Part shown: one piece after another, positions 62,693 to 64,000 of the stretch
Position numbering within the stretch: the stretch's first letter is position 1
How the letters are laid out: every line of letters starts with the position of its first letter
Origin: Octopus bimaculoides
Lineage: Eukaryota
Direction: 5' to 3'
Assembly (NCBI RefSeq): GCF_001194135.2
Contig: NC_068992.1
Location: 45,043,146 to 45,107,145, forward strand
Length of the DNA: 64,000 nt
Program-made: the position numbers and the translations under genes
Notes under the pieces: model-generated
Database searches by the model: none
Told to the model about the DNA's origin: nothing
What the model saw: only the letters and a program-made list of their open reading frames with translations

Positions 62693-62811
62693 CTAACACT
62701 GTGACAGAGTTAATTCATTATCAGCTGCTAAAGCTTCAGGGCAATGGTGCAGAACTTTGGCAAGCAGTTTCTCAATGTAGGCCTTCATGTCAGCATTCTC
62801 TTGGCGAAGAG
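62693..62811 (-). CDS. Last coding exon of a convergent gene with a Rab11-FIP-type (FIP-RBD-like) C-terminal motif: LRQENADMKAYIEKLLAKVLHHCPEALAADNELTLSQC*
   Basis: Minus-strand acceptor gtaatttctttccag; open phase-1 frame; matches the FIP-RBD pattern xxYI(D/E)xLLxx(V/I)(L/M)xxxPxxL after a coiled-coil-like stretch. Absent from the ORF track because it is short. Upstream exons are outside the window. Confidence 0.8.
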
Positions 62812-63169
62812 CTGGAAAGAAATTACACTAAGTTTCGGTAAATCATCTCAAAATACTGAATTAGAACATAAAATCACAAACTGGAATTATACATCGAAAA
62901 GATTAAATCAAACTCTTGATAAAACAAACAAACAAAAACATTAATTTTGGTTTCAGTAGTTCCAAAGATATGAGAGAAAATAATGAAACAAACAAACTGG
63001 ATGGAACTCTAGCAACAAATATATTGGTTGTTGGACATGTTTGGCGGGAAAGAAATTCTAAGCAAATTATATTTGAAAAACAAGATAAACCAGTTGTGTG
63101 TGTGTGTGTGAGAGAGAGTGACAGACAGACATACAGAGACCCTAGCTCTGTCATCAGCCACAGAAATGC

Positions 63170-63938
63170 AATATTGACTTTTACCAGAAAAGACTACAAT
63201 CCTCCACTGCTGTCGCCAGTTGTCTCATTTTTAAGCCCACTGCAGACGTGCCAATCGATGGAGATCTGTGAGGATGGGGCCCATAGCCAGACATCAGCAT
63301 GACAGATTGAAAGATCTCAGCTGGCAGCAAATTGTCTCTGCACAGATGGGTCTGTGGTGAGTCCCGATTGTTGGCCTAGCTGGTTCCTTCGCCCTCCGGA
63401 ATCGGTCATGCAAGTGCAGTGCAGGTGGTGATTTTGATGTGCTGTTGTAACCCTCAGTCAGCCACTGCGTGGATAATCATCTGTACTGTTTATGGCATTG
63501 TATCATGCCTTCAGCCACTCAACTGCCTTAATGCTGCAGTTCAAGTCATTAGCAATAGCCCATGGATGTTGACCAGCACAGAGACGTCTGATGGTTTACT
63601 TCCTCACATTTCAGTCAGTTTTGACATGCTTGCTGCATTCGAGAATTGAATGATAGGCTGGTAAATTTAGGGGCCTTTTATACCCAATGAATTCAACGTT
63701 TTTGCACATGCATCATGCTCTTCATAAGGAGGCGTTCTCGAGCATTAAAATGGTCATCAAAAGTGAGTGAATTCGAACCCTGTGTGCAATTCTTGTGTTT
63801 TCAAAGGAGAGCGGTGTTGAGGGTCAGTGACATCTTCCTGATGGAAAATAACCTATAAATGTGATAAAATCCATATAATTTCCATATCGTGTGTGAAACA
63901 AATAATCTTTTACAGTGTGCCATTTCTTTTCTAGTGCA

Positions 63939-63943
<5 letters not shown>
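63170..63943 (-). mobile_element. Tc1-like transposon 5' half (TIR plus decayed transposase)
   Basis: TA|CACTGCACTAGAAAAGAAATGGCAC end at 63941; minus frames MSKLTE..., DDYPRSG*LRVTTAHQ, GPILTDLHRLARLQWA and WRIVVFSGKS correspond to the Tc1 HTH and the start of the DDE domain. Confidence 0.88.
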
Positions 63944-63977
<34 letters not shown>

Positions 63978-64000
63978 CATATATATGTGTGGGTGTGGGT

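Noticed and set aside
1-64000. CRISPR array, rRNA or prokaryotic operon-type system
   Set aside because: No regularly spaced repeat-spacer array, rRNA homology or intronless gene clusters are present. The sequence is intron-containing animal DNA.

Overview
Eukaryotic, AT-rich, microsatellite-dense draft-assembly sequence with many N gaps. The SINE families and repeat texture suggest an octopod cephalopod (inference). Supported genes: (1) the last three exons of a chymotrypsin-fold (peptidase S1A) serine protease gene, + strand, 607-3638, with its 5' exons outside the window; (2) a complete six-exon S1A paralogue, + strand, 16033-24912, 259 aa, with signal peptide, intact His/Asp/Ser triad and canonical splice sites; (3) the last coding exon of a convergent - strand gene with a Rab11-FIP-type C-terminal motif (62693-62811), plus a possible spliced terminal exon near 54270. 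Both proteases carry Glu at S1-pocket position 189 and Cys at about 117 instead of 122. The complete paralogue also has Cys25 and a His-ending propeptide (SSHHRH/IMGG). The rest is tRNA-derived SINEs of several families, R4/Dong-like and RTE-like LINE remnants, a Helitron remnant, Tc1/mariner remnants, MITEs, a Penelope-like terminal fragment with a decayed hammerhead fold, and simple or cryptic tandem repeats. No CRISPR array, rRNA or genuine tRNA gene was seen. Most long ORFs in the supplied track are artefacts of N gaps or microsatellites. Exon phases and residue numbering were worked out by hand and no database search was run.
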